Part shown: positions 31,213 through 42,800 of the stretch, piece after piece
Layout of the letters: the number at the start of each line of letters is the position of its first letter
Position numbering within the stretch: the first letter of the stretch is position 1
Source: Trichomonas gallinae
Taxonomy: Eukaryota
Direction: 5' to 3'
DNA length: 64,000 nt
Assembly: GCA_008369845.1 (NCBI GenBank)
Contig: MRSU01010312.1
Location: 1-64,000 of the forward strand
Translations under genes and position numbers: made by a program
Notes under the pieces: generated by a model
Databases searched by the model: none
What the model was told of the DNA's origin: nothing
What the model saw: the letters and a program-made list of their open reading frames with translations, nothing else

Positions 31213-32880
31213 ATGTCATCAAGAGCGATTTCATTAGTCCAAAGACTTCAAAAGATTCCTGAGAATTCGAAGTGCGCGGATTGCTTAGATAGTCGCCCAG
31301 AATGGGCAAGCTCTAAGTTAGGAATCTTTATCTGCTTGAATTGCTCGGGAATTCATCGTTCTTTAGGTACACACATATCTTTCGTTAGATCTTGTAAGCT
31401 GGACCAGTGGACTGATGAACAAGCAGCAGTAATGCGCGCAATTGGAAACAAAATAGCGAATAGTTACTGGGAATATAATCTTCCGAAAAATTTTGTTCGT
31501 CCAAATTCAAATAATCGTGCACAAATAGAAGCATTTATCAGAAGAAAATACGTTGATCGTGAATTCGCACGTCCAAACGCAAAGCCTCCAAATGAAATTC
31601 CAATTTCGAAGCTAAAAGGTTTAACAGATGCACAAATTGACGCTTTGATTGAAGAAAACGCGCGAATGGAAATCGAAAGCAGACAAAACGGTTTGGATGT
31701 TGATGATAGTGATTTAATCGACCAAATCGAATTTCCAACTAAATCACCTCAAACAACAACAACCAAGAATAGAATCGAAATTACACAAAGTTATGGCTCT
31801 AAAGACGAATTTTCGAACAAATCATTAGATAATTCATTACCAATTTATCCAGCTAAAGATAGATCAGAAATAATACAAACCTACGGCTCAAAGGAAGAGT
31901 TTTCAAGCAAATCAATCAACAAAAACGATCTTTCAAATCAATCATCAGATTTCGCTCAAATGAAACCACAAAAGGACAGATCTGAGATCACACAAAGCTA
32001 TGGCTCACAAAATGAGTTTCCACAACAAAAAACTGAAGCAAAATCAGAAAATCCACAACTAGATGAAGATTTAAGTGTGAAAATAAAGAAGGGAGTCCAA
32101 GATGTATTCAATGTTTTAGGAGACAAGTTTAATTCTTTCAGAAATTACACAACAGAGCAATTTTTGAATTTTCTCGATGGTAAAGAGAAAACAAACGAAG
32201 AACAACCAGCCAAAGCTCCTAAATTAGATCCACTCACACAAAAAGTTGATTTAGGATTCGAAGATGACAAAGCAGATCCAGAATTTGACTTTTTATTCGA
32301 TAAGCAACCAAAAGAACAAAACAAACAACAGAACAAACAATCAAATGAACAAAGTAAACAAACAAAAGAACCACAAAAGATAGAATCGTTAAATAATACT
32401 TTTGATTTAGGATTCGATGATAATGAAAATAAAGATGATGAATTCGACTTCTTATTTGAAGGAAAAGAATCAAAGAAACAAGATGATATTAGTGATAACA
32501 ACCAGAAAAATGATAAATCAGAGAGACTCAAAAATCAGAAGCAAGAAAGTCATAGTGATGATGATGAAAATGATTTTGATCAGCCAAAACTAGAAAAAGT
32601 TAAAACAGTTGAAGAAGATTTTGATTTTTTGTTTGATGAGAAACCAGTGAAAATAACGAAACAGTCCAAGCCAGCAAAAGAAACAAAACGATCCATTCAA
32701 ATGAAACCGACTGAGGATGATGACGATTTTGATTCTTTCTTTGATAAAAAACAAGAAAAAGAAGAGCCAAAACCAAAAGAGCAAATTCCAAAGAAGAGAG
32801 AAACACCACAACAAGAACTCGATTTCGGTTTTGATGAACCTAATGACAACGACAAAGAATTTGATTTTCTTTTCAAATAA
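31213..32880 (+). CDS. ArfGAP (SMAP/ADAP-type) with acidic Phe-motif tail
   Basis: CADC...PEWAS..LGIFICLNCSGIHRSLGTHISFVRS..LDQW...IRRKY. Confidence 0.93.
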   Translation: MSSRAISLVQRLQKIPENSKCADCLDSRPEWASSKLGIFICLNCSGIHRSLGTHISFVRSCKLDQWTDEQAAVMRAIGNKIANSYWEYNLPKNFVRPNSNNRAQIEAFIRRKYVDREFARPNAKPPNEIPISKLKGLTDAQIDALIEENARMEIESRQNGLDVDDSDLIDQIEFPTKSPQTTTTKNRIEITQSYGSKDEFSNKSLDNSLPIYPAKDRSEIIQTYGSKEEFSSKSINKNDLSNQSSDFAQMKPQKDRSEITQSYGSQNEFPQQKTEAKSENPQLDEDLSVKIKKGVQDVFNVLGDKFNSFRNYTTEQFLNFLDGKEKTNEEQPAKAPKLDPLTQKVDLGFEDDKADPEFDFLFDKQPKEQNKQQNKQSNEQSKQTKEPQKIESLNNTFDLGFDDNENKDDEFDFLFEGKESKKQDDISDNNQKNDKSERLKNQKQESHSDDDENDFDQPKLEKVKTVEEDFDFLFDEKPVKITKQSKPAKETKRSIQMKPTEDDDDFDSFFDKKQEKEEPKPKEQIPKKRETPQQELDFGFDEPNDNDKEFDFLFK

Positions 32881-33188
32881 TATATTGTTAGTAAAAGATA
32901 GAGTATATATGTGTTCAACTTTATATTTTTTATTCACGCAACTATTATATCATATTCATATCTTTAGAATATTAACATTTCGATCTATTATTAAGAGAAT
33001 CAAATTTTTCTTTTGATTTTGCTTATAAAACATTTAGATATCTATTGCTACTGTGAATTTTAACATTATTGAGATGGTAGATTCCATTTTCAAGCTAGTT
33101 TGATAAAAATTGATAAATTATTTTTTGAATTAATAATAACAATTTATATATAATATACAAATAGTCTAATATATAAACAATAACAATA

Positions 33189-34622
33189 TTATGCTACAAC
33201 TTCGACGGTTATTTCCATGAAATGGATCTGATCACTCATAATTCTGAAATAATATGGCTCAGTTTGGACAATGTTGAGTGTCCTTGTGAAATTCACGTCA
33301 GAATTATCCTTAAGCGTTGCAACACCCTGCAAAATCACTAGATACAGTCCTTCAACAACTTCTGCGCGCTGAATTTGGTAAATTACGAATCTCGAGACAA
33401 TGGTATCCAATGCGAGTGCAGCATCCTGCCCTAGAACCAAATTGCTGTCTGTGTACAAGTTATTTCTTGAATATTGAGCTAGATTGGCGAGAGGGCCTGA
33501 TTGCGCAGGATCTATAGTAATAGAGAACTGTGCTTCATCAGTATAGTCTCCTGCTGTCTCAACGATCGTCTTGTTGTAGATTAAATCTTCAATCCAACGA
33601 TTTGTTATGTCTTCGCTTGGATTCGGGTGCAAAATTTGTACTAGATTTGACTGATCAAGCGACTGTGGTTGGCTTTGTTGTTGTGTTTGTTGTGGTTGAT
33701 CTGAATATGGGCTTGGTGGAGGTGGTGCAGTTTGTTCTTGTTGTGGCGGGTCTTGTGATAGATTCGATGATGGTTGCTGATATTGATTTTGTTGTAGTGG
33801 TGCTTGATTTTGGTTTTGTTGTGGCTGTTGATATTGGTTTTGCTGTGGTGGTGCTTGGTATTGGTTTGGTTGTGGTTGTGAAAATTGATTTTGCATTGGT
33901 TGGCCTAGGAATGCGTTTGATGGCGGCTGCTGCATGAAGTCTGGTGCTGCATAAACCGGTGGCTGTGAATATTGATTCTGAGGAGGTGGGATTTGCATAT
34001 TAGCATCTCCCATAAATGGAATATTACCTGCTGGCATAATTCCAGGCGCTGATGTGGCAGGTGGTAGCAAGTCGGCGCCTTCTGGGAATCCACCTTGATA
34101 GACTGGAGGCGAGTATTGTGTTTGTTCTTGTATTTGGGAATCTCGTCGAGATCTTTGTGCACCTCTCTGTGTTATATCATAAAATCGTAATTTATTCGCC
34201 AATGGTGTGCCAGCTTGAAGAGCAGACGAATCTACTGATGTAATTCTTCCCTGAATCATGTAATACTTGAGCCAAAATAGGATGTTTCCGGCTTTATATT
34301 GGTTACTTTGCACGTTAGGGGGAATGTTTCCGAAATTAAAAGCACCTGCGACATTTTCGAAATTTCTATGTCCATCATTTTCAAATGAATTTCGATCGAT
34401 TCTACTTACAATGTTACCTGAATTATTATTTAATCTCTCAGCTGCATGGAGTTGACTGGTATTCTCAAGTTCAAAGATTCCGATATCATTTTGTTGAGTT
34501 TCACTGACAATATTTACTCCATTTTGTTGTAATTGTGTCCTAGCCGCTTGCATTTCATTTTGGTCACGACATGGATAAATTGCAACATATGGAGCTTTTC
34601 TTTCGCCTTGATACATTGGCAA
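33189..34622 (-). CDS. Q/P-rich protein with C-terminal NTF2-like domain; candidate divergent NXF1/Mex67
   Basis: Y...AQFSITI...YSRN...VILQG...FTRTL...IMSDQIHF resembles the NXF NTF2-like domain; QNQYQ repeats in the middle. Confidence 0.55.
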   Translation of the reverse strand: MPMYQGERKAPYVAIYPCRDQNEMQAARTQLQQNGVNIVSETQQNDIGIFELENTSQLHAAERLNNNSGNIVSRIDRNSFENDGHRNFENVAGAFNFGNIPPNVQSNQYKAGNILFWLKYYMIQGRITSVDSSALQAGTPLANKLRFYDITQRGAQRSRRDSQIQEQTQYSPPVYQGGFPEGADLLPPATSAPGIMPAGNIPFMGDANMQIPPPQNQYSQPPVYAAPDFMQQPPSNAFLGQPMQNQFSQPQPNQYQAPPQQNQYQQPQQNQNQAPLQQNQYQQPSSNLSQDPPQQEQTAPPPPSPYSDQPQQTQQQSQPQSLDQSNLVQILHPNPSEDITNRWIEDLIYNKTIVETAGDYTDEAQFSITIDPAQSGPLANLAQYSRNNLYTDSNLVLGQDAALALDTIVSRFVIYQIQRAEVVEGLYLVILQGVATLKDNSDVNFTRTLNIVQTEPYYFRIMSDQIHFMEITVEVVA

Positions 34623-34628
34623 TGAATC

Positions 34629-34863
34629 TTACGTGGCATTTTCGTCCTCAATTTTATTTCACATGTCTATTTTACACGACATTTTCAAACTTTACTCGAC
34701 AAAAAACACTTTACATAACATTTTTATATTTTTACTTGACAAAAGATATTTTTACATGACCATTTTATTTAGATTCAAATATTTACAAGTCAAATTATAT
34801 TGTTACATGGCAATTTTATTTAGATTCAAATATTTACAAAACAAATAGTATATTTACATGGCA
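34629..34863. promoter_or_regulatory. Cluster of about 10 TTTAC..G.CA-like motifs, including a 50-bp tandem duplication, in a divergent promoter
   Basis: ttacgtggca, tttacacgaca, tttactcgaca, tttacttgaca, tttacatgacc, tttacaagtca, ttacatggca and tttacatggca between head-to-head genes. Confidence 0.65.
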
Positions 34864-34898
34864 TATTTATTTTTACAAAAAGTCAGAAGTTTTTGTAG

Positions 34899-35363
34899 AT
34901 GCCTTTATCGAAATATCAGTTAGAAAAATGCAAATCATTGACGGAGAAATTAATCGCTTGGCCTCTTTGCCAACCTTTTGTTGAGATGGTTGATCCAGAA
35001 AGAGATGGTGCTCCAAATTATTTAGAAATAATCAAGGAACCAATGGCTTTACAAAAAGTTTTACAGAATCTTAAGAATGGAAAATACGATTCTATTGAAG
35101 CATGGAAATCAGATATCAATTTAATCTGGGATAACGCAAGAAAATATAACGGCGAAGACGCTTTATACACACACATGTCTGCAGAAGCCAAATTATGGTT
35201 CAACAAGAAAGTACAAAACTTCCCATCATCTCAGGAAGAAGAATGGATGGGCAAGATTCAACGTGCGACACAGAGATTCATGCATTGCATTTCTCATCCA
35301 CCAGTAGAAGTTGATCCAACAGGATTCATCGCCGAAAGTGTTAGCAACATGGATGATAATTAA
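34899..35363 (+). CDS. Bromodomain protein
   Basis: PFVEMVDP...APNYLEIIKEPM.L...Y......DINLIWDNARKYN, with the conserved Asn. Confidence 0.92.
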   Translation: MPLSKYQLEKCKSLTEKLIAWPLCQPFVEMVDPERDGAPNYLEIIKEPMALQKVLQNLKNGKYDSIEAWKSDINLIWDNARKYNGEDALYTHMSAEAKLWFNKKVQNFPSSQEEEWMGKIQRATQRFMHCISHPPVEVDPTGFIAESVSNMDDN

Positions 35364-35526
35364 AAATATATTTTGTATTGTAAAAATCCATTGATTTTAT
35401 ATTATAATTTTACAGTTTTTCTTGACGAAAATATGTTATTTATATTTGAATCGTTAAAAGCAAGAAAATATCAAAAAGATAAAATTTCTAACAATAAATT
35501 GGTTGATTTACCTAACATTATTTGTT

Positions 35527-36330
35527 TTAATTCATGGATTGGTTCTCTTGGCTCTCCATATTATTCTCCTCTTCTTCTTCAGATTCGCTCAATGCATTTT
35601 CTGCGAGTGTAGCAATCTGAATGAGCGAATCAACAGAGTCTATGATATCACTAACCATATTTTCACCAGATCTGATTGCAAATCCTAAAGGAAGCAAAAT
35701 TTCAGCAGCTTCTTCAACAAAACTCTTCTGTTCATTATTCTTTTGCTTGGATTTCTTTCCTTTCATAGAGATAGGGCTTGTACTAATGTTGTCGTACTTA
35801 GAAACCTCTAATTCAGAATCTTCATAATTAATATTGAACTTCTGTGCAGCAAATCGGAAGTCCTCCTTAGATGGCACTGGGTATTGAAGAATCCAGCCCT
35901 CATCCAAGAGCTTTTTGGCAATCGGTGGATAGCATTGAGCTTTCAATCTCTCTGTTCTTGTAACGTTAACGTCATTAATTACAGATAACTTTGGTCCAAT
36001 GGCGACAAGAGCAGCTAAACGGAAGAATTTTTGATCACTTATTGGCGTGTTAACGAAATTCAAATTTGCAAGTTTCGTCTGAGCTCCTAAACCTTTGAAA
36101 TTCGAGATAGGCGTGTTTGAAACACAAATTTCTTTCAACATTGGCTGTGGTTTAAGTGCTTCGAATGAAGTTAAGTCAGTATCTTGAACTTCAAGCATTA
36201 TTAAAGCCTTTTGGACACCAATATCGATTGAAGGGATTTTAATATTCTTAAATACTAATGTTCCATTGCGAGAAAGTTGAACTTTTTGCTTTGATATTTC
36301 TTGACGAAGAAACTGAGTTTCTCCGTGCAT
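35527..36330 (-). CDS. Short leucine-rich repeat protein with LRR-cap
   Basis: LEVQDTDLTSF, ICVSNTPISNF and LNFVNTPIS repeats, then FR...LSVINDVNVT..ER. Confidence 0.7.
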   Translation of the reverse strand: MHGETQFLRQEISKQKVQLSRNGTLVFKNIKIPSIDIGVQKALIMLEVQDTDLTSFEALKPQPMLKEICVSNTPISNFKGLGAQTKLANLNFVNTPISDQKFFRLAALVAIGPKLSVINDVNVTRTERLKAQCYPPIAKKLLDEGWILQYPVPSKEDFRFAAQKFNINYEDSELEVSKYDNISTSPISMKGKKSKQKNNEQKSFVEEAAEILLPLGFAIRSGENMVSDIIDSVDSLIQIATLAENALSESEEEEENNMESQENQSMN

Positions 36331-36615
36331 TTTTTTTTTAAACTGACGAGAGAAACGAAAAAATCAAACACATCCCAAATCGAACCCGACACCTTTACAT
36401 TTTTTTTAAAAAAAAGACTGAAGAAAGAAATGAAAAATAACTAACAAATTTACTAATCCAAAGTCTAGTAGTTTAAATATATTACTTTTTCAATTGATGA
36501 AAGAAATAAAAAAAATTAATAAATCCGAGATCGAACCAGATACCTTTATAAATTTTTAAAATTAATGATTTTTTGAGATTTCATAGTTTATTTATATAGA
36601 TGCTGTTGATCTCAA

Positions 36616-38352
36616 ATGACAATTTGTTCATTTTTCATTATGGAATCTAAAATATTTGGTATTGGAGATGTTTGTCTATGGAAACAATCCAGTGGATACA
36701 GTTTTTCGAAGGTTCAAGGCTTAGAGTCGAAAGATATTGAGCCTTTGTTCCCTATAAATGGAGAATTAAATCAAATTTTTCCAACAAGTCATACAGAAAC
36801 AGGAGAACCCGCATTTATACTGCAGAAATATGGCATAGAACTCGAAATATATTCAACCTTCTCAGCAAATCTACAAACAATCGAATCATCATTCTTAAGA
36901 AATTTAAATCATGATCAATTCACATATCTTCTTAATCAGACATTAATTATAATCGAAAATGGACAAATAACTGCATTTGATTCAAACAATAATTCATTTT
37001 TTACCAAAGAAATTCCGAATGATTCGATTTTCATTGCACACACACCTACCCAGGCTCTTTTGATATCAAGAAAAGACTGTTTTCTTGCAATTATTACTTA
37101 TATTGATCGAAATGAAATTGAATTTTTTGAACTTCCAGGTGGATATTCAATAATGACATGTGCATGCATATATAGCGATCTAGCAATAGCATTTACAACA
37201 AATGATACAAGAATTCACTTATATTCTGCAAATGATACAATTAAATCCGTTAAACTTCCTGAACAGATGATTAAAGTCTTATCAGTGGACCTTGATCCAT
37301 ACGATAGAGCATGTATCACATTATCAGAAACTAATATTTTATACTTTGTAAGATTCGATGATGGAACATGCGTAAAAATTACTGAAAATGTTGTTGATTT
37401 CTGCATTTTGAGTGCTCCATTCGATACAATAGCAGTGATTACATCAGATGAGAAAATGAAGGTCGTAAATCCTATGAGTTTGAGAAAAATTGATTCTACA
37501 GAGCAATCTTTGATAAATGCTTTGAATTCAAGGATTACAGAATCACTTATACAATTATCTAAGTCGAGACAGCGCTTACATATCAGAGAATGCTTAACTG
37601 ATGATAAAGATTTCGAATTACCAAAAATGGTTAAAATATTTGGCGATACACCACCTCCACAACAGGAGGAACAACAAGAAGAACAACCACAACAGTATTG
37701 GATTGATAATGTAACAGATTCTTCATTAATTATAAAAAGTAATCAATTAATCAATCCTGACTCATCAATTTTCATGAGTTCCAGCACAATTGGATTCGAG
37801 GCACAGACAGAAGTATCACAAATTGATGAAAACACAATTTTTGTAAATTACGATTTAATGATAAATCATTGTTCAAGCATTTCACCAATTCAAGTGTTCA
37901 TATACAGTGATGGAAGATTCACGTATATAGATGAAATACAAGTTCCAACAAAGTATCTGATGACTTCTCGCGAAATAACAAGAATTGGAATTTCTTATAC
38001 AGTTTCTTTTAGAGCCAAGGGAATTAATTTCCCATCATCCAGCTTCTCGTATGACAGTAACTCGCCAATGTGGGTCGAGGAAATCGATAAAGGTGTTATT
38101 TTGCATATTAAGGCTGATTCATGCGAAAAGTTCAAGCAGAGACTTATAGCAGCTACTTCATTATTTCCATCAACTGCAGTATTCATGAAGATAGAAGATA
38201 ATAAACTCAAAAACATCGCGGCAAAAAAGATCGCGATAATAATTTCAAAGTTTGCTCAAATTCCTCCAGATGCAAGTTTAGACTGCGACGTCTTACTTGA
38301 TTTCAAGTCTGATATAGACGACAATTTTGCCGCGTTATTATCTTATTGCTAA
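36616..38352 (+). CDS. Hypothetical protein (beta-propeller-like N-half, coiled coil, beta-rich C-half)
   Basis: 578-aa ORF; the architecture is judged only from the residue pattern. Confidence 0.7.
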   Translation: MTICSFFIMESKIFGIGDVCLWKQSSGYSFSKVQGLESKDIEPLFPINGELNQIFPTSHTETGEPAFILQKYGIELEIYSTFSANLQTIESSFLRNLNHDQFTYLLNQTLIIIENGQITAFDSNNNSFFTKEIPNDSIFIAHTPTQALLISRKDCFLAIITYIDRNEIEFFELPGGYSIMTCACIYSDLAIAFTTNDTRIHLYSANDTIKSVKLPEQMIKVLSVDLDPYDRACITLSETNILYFVRFDDGTCVKITENVVDFCILSAPFDTIAVITSDEKMKVVNPMSLRKIDSTEQSLINALNSRITESLIQLSKSRQRLHIRECLTDDKDFELPKMVKIFGDTPPPQQEEQQEEQPQQYWIDNVTDSSLIIKSNQLINPDSSIFMSSSTIGFEAQTEVSQIDENTIFVNYDLMINHCSSISPIQVFIYSDGRFTYIDEIQVPTKYLMTSREITRIGISYTVSFRAKGINFPSSSFSYDSNSPMWVEEIDKGVILHIKADSCEKFKQRLIAATSLFPSTAVFMKIEDNKLKNIAAKKIAIIISKFAQIPPDASLDCDVLLDFKSDIDDNFAALLSYC

Positions 38353-38574
38353 ATTCTATGAATAATATTGTTTGTAATATAATAAATCAATGTATGATAG
38401 ACTCATTATCTTTTTTGTTTTCTTTTACGTTAAACCAGATATTGAATCATATTGACTATTGATACGAAATTTTGTTATTTTTATCATCATAAAAAATGTT
38501 TAGTTCGTTATTAAAAAGCATCGTGATCTTTCAAGGTTTCTCTGATTTCTGGTTGATTCTTTTCCGAATCTCAA

Positions 38575-38812
38575 AACAAAGCTGTATTGCTCCCCTTGTC
38601 TTTTGCGTTTTCATCTATTCCAAGTATGAGTTTGACAACTTACAAATGATATTCTTTTGAAGCAAATATCAATGCAGTATTGTTGAGTTTGTCTTTCAAG
38701 TTAATTTCCAGGAACTGTGAGAAGGAGTTTGACCTTTTTCTAAAGCATAAATCAAGACTGTATTGTTGAGTTTTTCTTTCGAGTTAATATCAATTCCTGT
38801 TTAGATCAAAAG
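38575..38812 (-). pseudogene. Ankyrin-repeat relic, about 3 broken repeats
   Basis: Minus-strand fragments GIDINSKEKLNNTVLIYALEKG, VKLLLTVPG, NLKDKLNNTALIFASKEYHL*VVKL and GIDENAKDKGSNTALF lie in shifting frames. Confidence 0.75.
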
Positions 38813-39803
38813 ACGAACCAAGTCTTGCTTGTTATCATAAGCTGTATTAAAAAAAAAAAACTTTACATTACATTACAATTATTTGTCAGATTTGATGGTT
38901 TACGTAACATTTTTGACAAGTAAAATTTGTCTCTGTAGATTTCTAACGGAAATAAACATTTTCGATAATATCAATCAGTATCTCGAATATAGGTACTGTA
39001 CAAGAAACATATTCATATAATAGGGAATATGAGACAAATCACGACAGTTCGATAGGATAACTGTAAAACTAAATAAAATTTCTGAAGTTTATTCGAAATG
39101 CAAAATATTGAATGCCACGTAAAAATTTATTTGTCAATTTCAGTTAAGTTTTTGAGACCAAAGAATCGTAATATTGTCATATTATCTATATTTCATAATG
39201 ATCATTTTATAAAACGTGCTTTTTTGACATGTAAAAATTTATTCAGGAGGGAAAATCTTGCATTTTTCTATAGCAAGAGATTTAATCAAGCATTTCATAT
39301 AATTAACGTGCATTTTGCCAAGTAAAAATTTATTAGGCAAGTTATTTTTTGACTGATATTAAATCAATAATAATCACAACGAAATTTTATTATAATGATT
39401 TTGCATTTCATTTTTTTGCTAATTTAACGTACATATCTGACAAGTAAAATTTTATCCGTCAATAATGAGAATTAATTTTTGTGTAGAAAAACATCTCCAT
39501 CTATTTTTAACATTTCATTTTCTATTTCACTTTTTAAATGATTATTTTTTGCCATGTAAAACTTTATTCGGCAATAAATTAAGATTAATTTTTGAGACAA
39601 CGCAATTTCATATTTAAACGAATATATAGCTTATGAATATTCTATATATTAAGTCAATTTCGTAAATGTGTTTATTTTTGATTAAATAAAAGACCACGAG
39701 CCTTAAAAATGCAAAAATAGGAAATATAGGTTATATATATGCTAAATCATAAATAATAAAGTCAGTTCACTCCTCAAAAATAAATATAAATTTATACAGT
39801 GAA

Positions 39804-42800
39804 ATGAGCTTATCGCCCGAGACCTCTCGTGAAGAAAATATTCCCACGGTGAAGCCACTACACGAGGAATGCTCAGAAATCTCTGCTTCTTTGTACCAGA
39901 TTAAAAAGATAGTAGAAGAAGTGAAAGAGCCAGAAGATTTTAAAAATCACTGGAGTTCTATTTACGGTCTTCTCCAGGAATACAAAGTAGCTACAACTTA
40001 TCCACACGAAGACTTGATCGCGCTCAAATCACTCTCATTTGTCGATAAAATACTCAATTTACAAAACTATTTAGAATACGTTAACAAAGATTTACAAAAC
40101 CTCGAAGATACACCAGGAGAATTAAACTTTTTTATCAGACGCAACCTTGCGCCACTTTACTACTACAAATACTTATTACAAGATCTTAAAGGCGACGAAA
40201 TAAAGCAGGCCGATAAAAAATCTAAGCAATTCGAAGACCTCAAGGTCGTAATCAACACCCTTGCTTCTAAAATCCAGAAATACATGCCTGTAATGCCAAA
40301 ATATCCAATTCTTACAAACGTTAAAAATTTAATCAATGTTTTCCAGGAATTTATCCTTCAAATCAATTTGGCAAAGGATTCAGAACAGCTTAAGCTTAAA
40401 AAGGTTCAGGTCGAACAATTTGAAGCGATTGCAAAGTTTTTCGAAGAAAACATCAAACCTTTACAAGGAATCATTGACCAAGATGACATCGAATTAAAGA
40501 CAGTCACTTTCAATGACCTTACAACATTGCGATTTTATATTGACAATCTTGGTTATTCTGCTAGTGCATTTTCACGTGCATGGCCGACATACTCATTCGT
40601 TGTGGCAATATCTCAGATGCTTTATCTTCTCGATCCTGTTATCAAAGCTAAAGCATTCCTTGGAGCACCATGTGGAACTCCTCTTGATGTCCAAGGATCA
40701 TTGATATTCTGCAAGAAGGCCACAGAGCAGATCTTGGCCACAGAACATCCATGCCTTTCTTCATTTAAGGAATATCTCAACAGACTTAAGAAATTCTTCA
40801 CTAATTTTGCTGAACTTCTCAAACCAATCATTGAGAAAGATGAAGTTGATAACGCTCGCCGTATAATGAAGGAGCAATTCAAGTATCTTTTCAATCTTTC
40901 CGGATATCTCTATTCAAATAAGCTTTACAATGAGTCAGCTTTATTCGAACTCAGCCTTATTCGCTTCAATGCTGCATTAACAGCATTGAACTTCAAGAAG
41001 AAACAAGTCCAATTCCTTAACAACGAATTCGAAGCTAAGCCATCACAATATTCTACAAAGTCACAATTCATTTTCAATGAAATTGGCTATAACTACTTCC
41101 ATGCTCACGTTTCTACACTTATTAAGTATTATATCAATCCATCACCAACAGCAAGATCATATGCACAGGTCAAGCAAGTCGAATTCTGCTTAAGATTCAA
41201 CCAGGAGAAGCAGAACGACCTTTACCAGACATCAATCACAACAATCAAGAATATTATTGAAAATGTTTCACAGATTGATACCAGCTCATACGAAGGCTAC
41301 CACCGCGCCATCAAGATCTCTGAGGAGCTCTCAAAGCAGATCTTGTACGTCGATATGGTCACTCACGAGAAAGATCAGATTCCAGAACAATTCAAAGAGA
41401 TGCCGAAACTCTTCGAAGAAGCTGCCAACGCTGTCAACAGCAAGCTCGACGAGTTCATGAACACATTCATCAGACCAGTCAACAAACTTTCAATCGACGA
41501 ACTTTTGTTGGTCATTCACGCTGTTTTGGAGTCCATCGACGAAAAGACACGCAACGCTGCAGACTTCAACGATGATCTCACGAGAAACATGGCAGAACTC
41601 GAGTCCAGACTTGTCGTCGTCAGCGAGCACATCAACAAGATCATCTCCAAGCAGTTGTCTGTTTTGACACAAAAGAAGGAGCTCGAAGATGACCTTTCTG
41701 CTGTTAACAACGCTTTCATGAACAACAACGATATGTTCGACACAAACGTCAGAGAGTTCTATCTCTCTAAGATCTCTCCATTCCTCATGCAGTCGTTCGA
41801 GATCCTTTTGTCTCACCTCAGCCAGTTCGAAGACCGCGAGTACGAACCAGTAGAGATCTCCGAAGACCTGAACAGTGTCACAACAGCTGTTTTGAGATTG
41901 CTGGAGGCAGAGCTCAATGAGCCCAGCATCATCCACATCAGGATGGTTGATGCAATCACATTGATCCTCCACAACCTTTACTCCGCTAGGACAGGTGTCT
42001 TGATCGAGAACCCGAAGCAGGTTCTGGGCTTGATCGACAACTTGAAGCAAGACTTAAGTCTTTTGTGGGATGACGTCAACTACTTCCACAGCGACATGGA
42101 ACAGTCAACATCGAACAACGCTATGTACAGCGCCGCCTGGAAGATCCGCCACCTGAACTCCGACTACGTAAAGGATAGCGACCTCCACGCTGAGCTTTGC
42201 GCTGCCGACGAATTATTCCAGCAGGTTAAGGAGGATGAGAGATTCGGCACATTCTTCACAGACTGCTCAACAGAAATCGCTCCAGTCATCCAGAAGACAT
42301 CATCCAAGACAAGCCGTGAAGGCACAGAAACAGAAGAGTGGGGCAAGTTATTCGTTAAGATCATCGAAGACATCAACAACAACTGGTACGTACCAGCCTC
42401 CCTTCAATTCGTCGACCACTTCACAAAGTCATGCGAGCACCTCAACATGGCTTTGGAGATTCTCGGCCAGCCACAGGCAAAGGCAGGACCATTCGAGAAC
42501 TCACTCGAGCAAGTCCACACATCTCAGAAGGGCTACATCGAGTACATCGAGGCAGCATCAAAGATCTACGGTGACAGACAGTTCTGGGCCGCTGTCAAAG
42601 ATGCAGCAACAACACAGATACCAAGAGACGAGGACAGGATCACAAAAGCAATCGCTGATTTGCAGAGACTCACTGAGACAGAACCAGAGTCACTCCAGAG
42701 CAATGCCAAGAGACCATTCGCTCAGGACGTTCTCTTCCTTCTCCAGATCTCAAAGATGACAGCCTTCAAGCAGCACGACGCGTTCATGAATGAGTGCATC

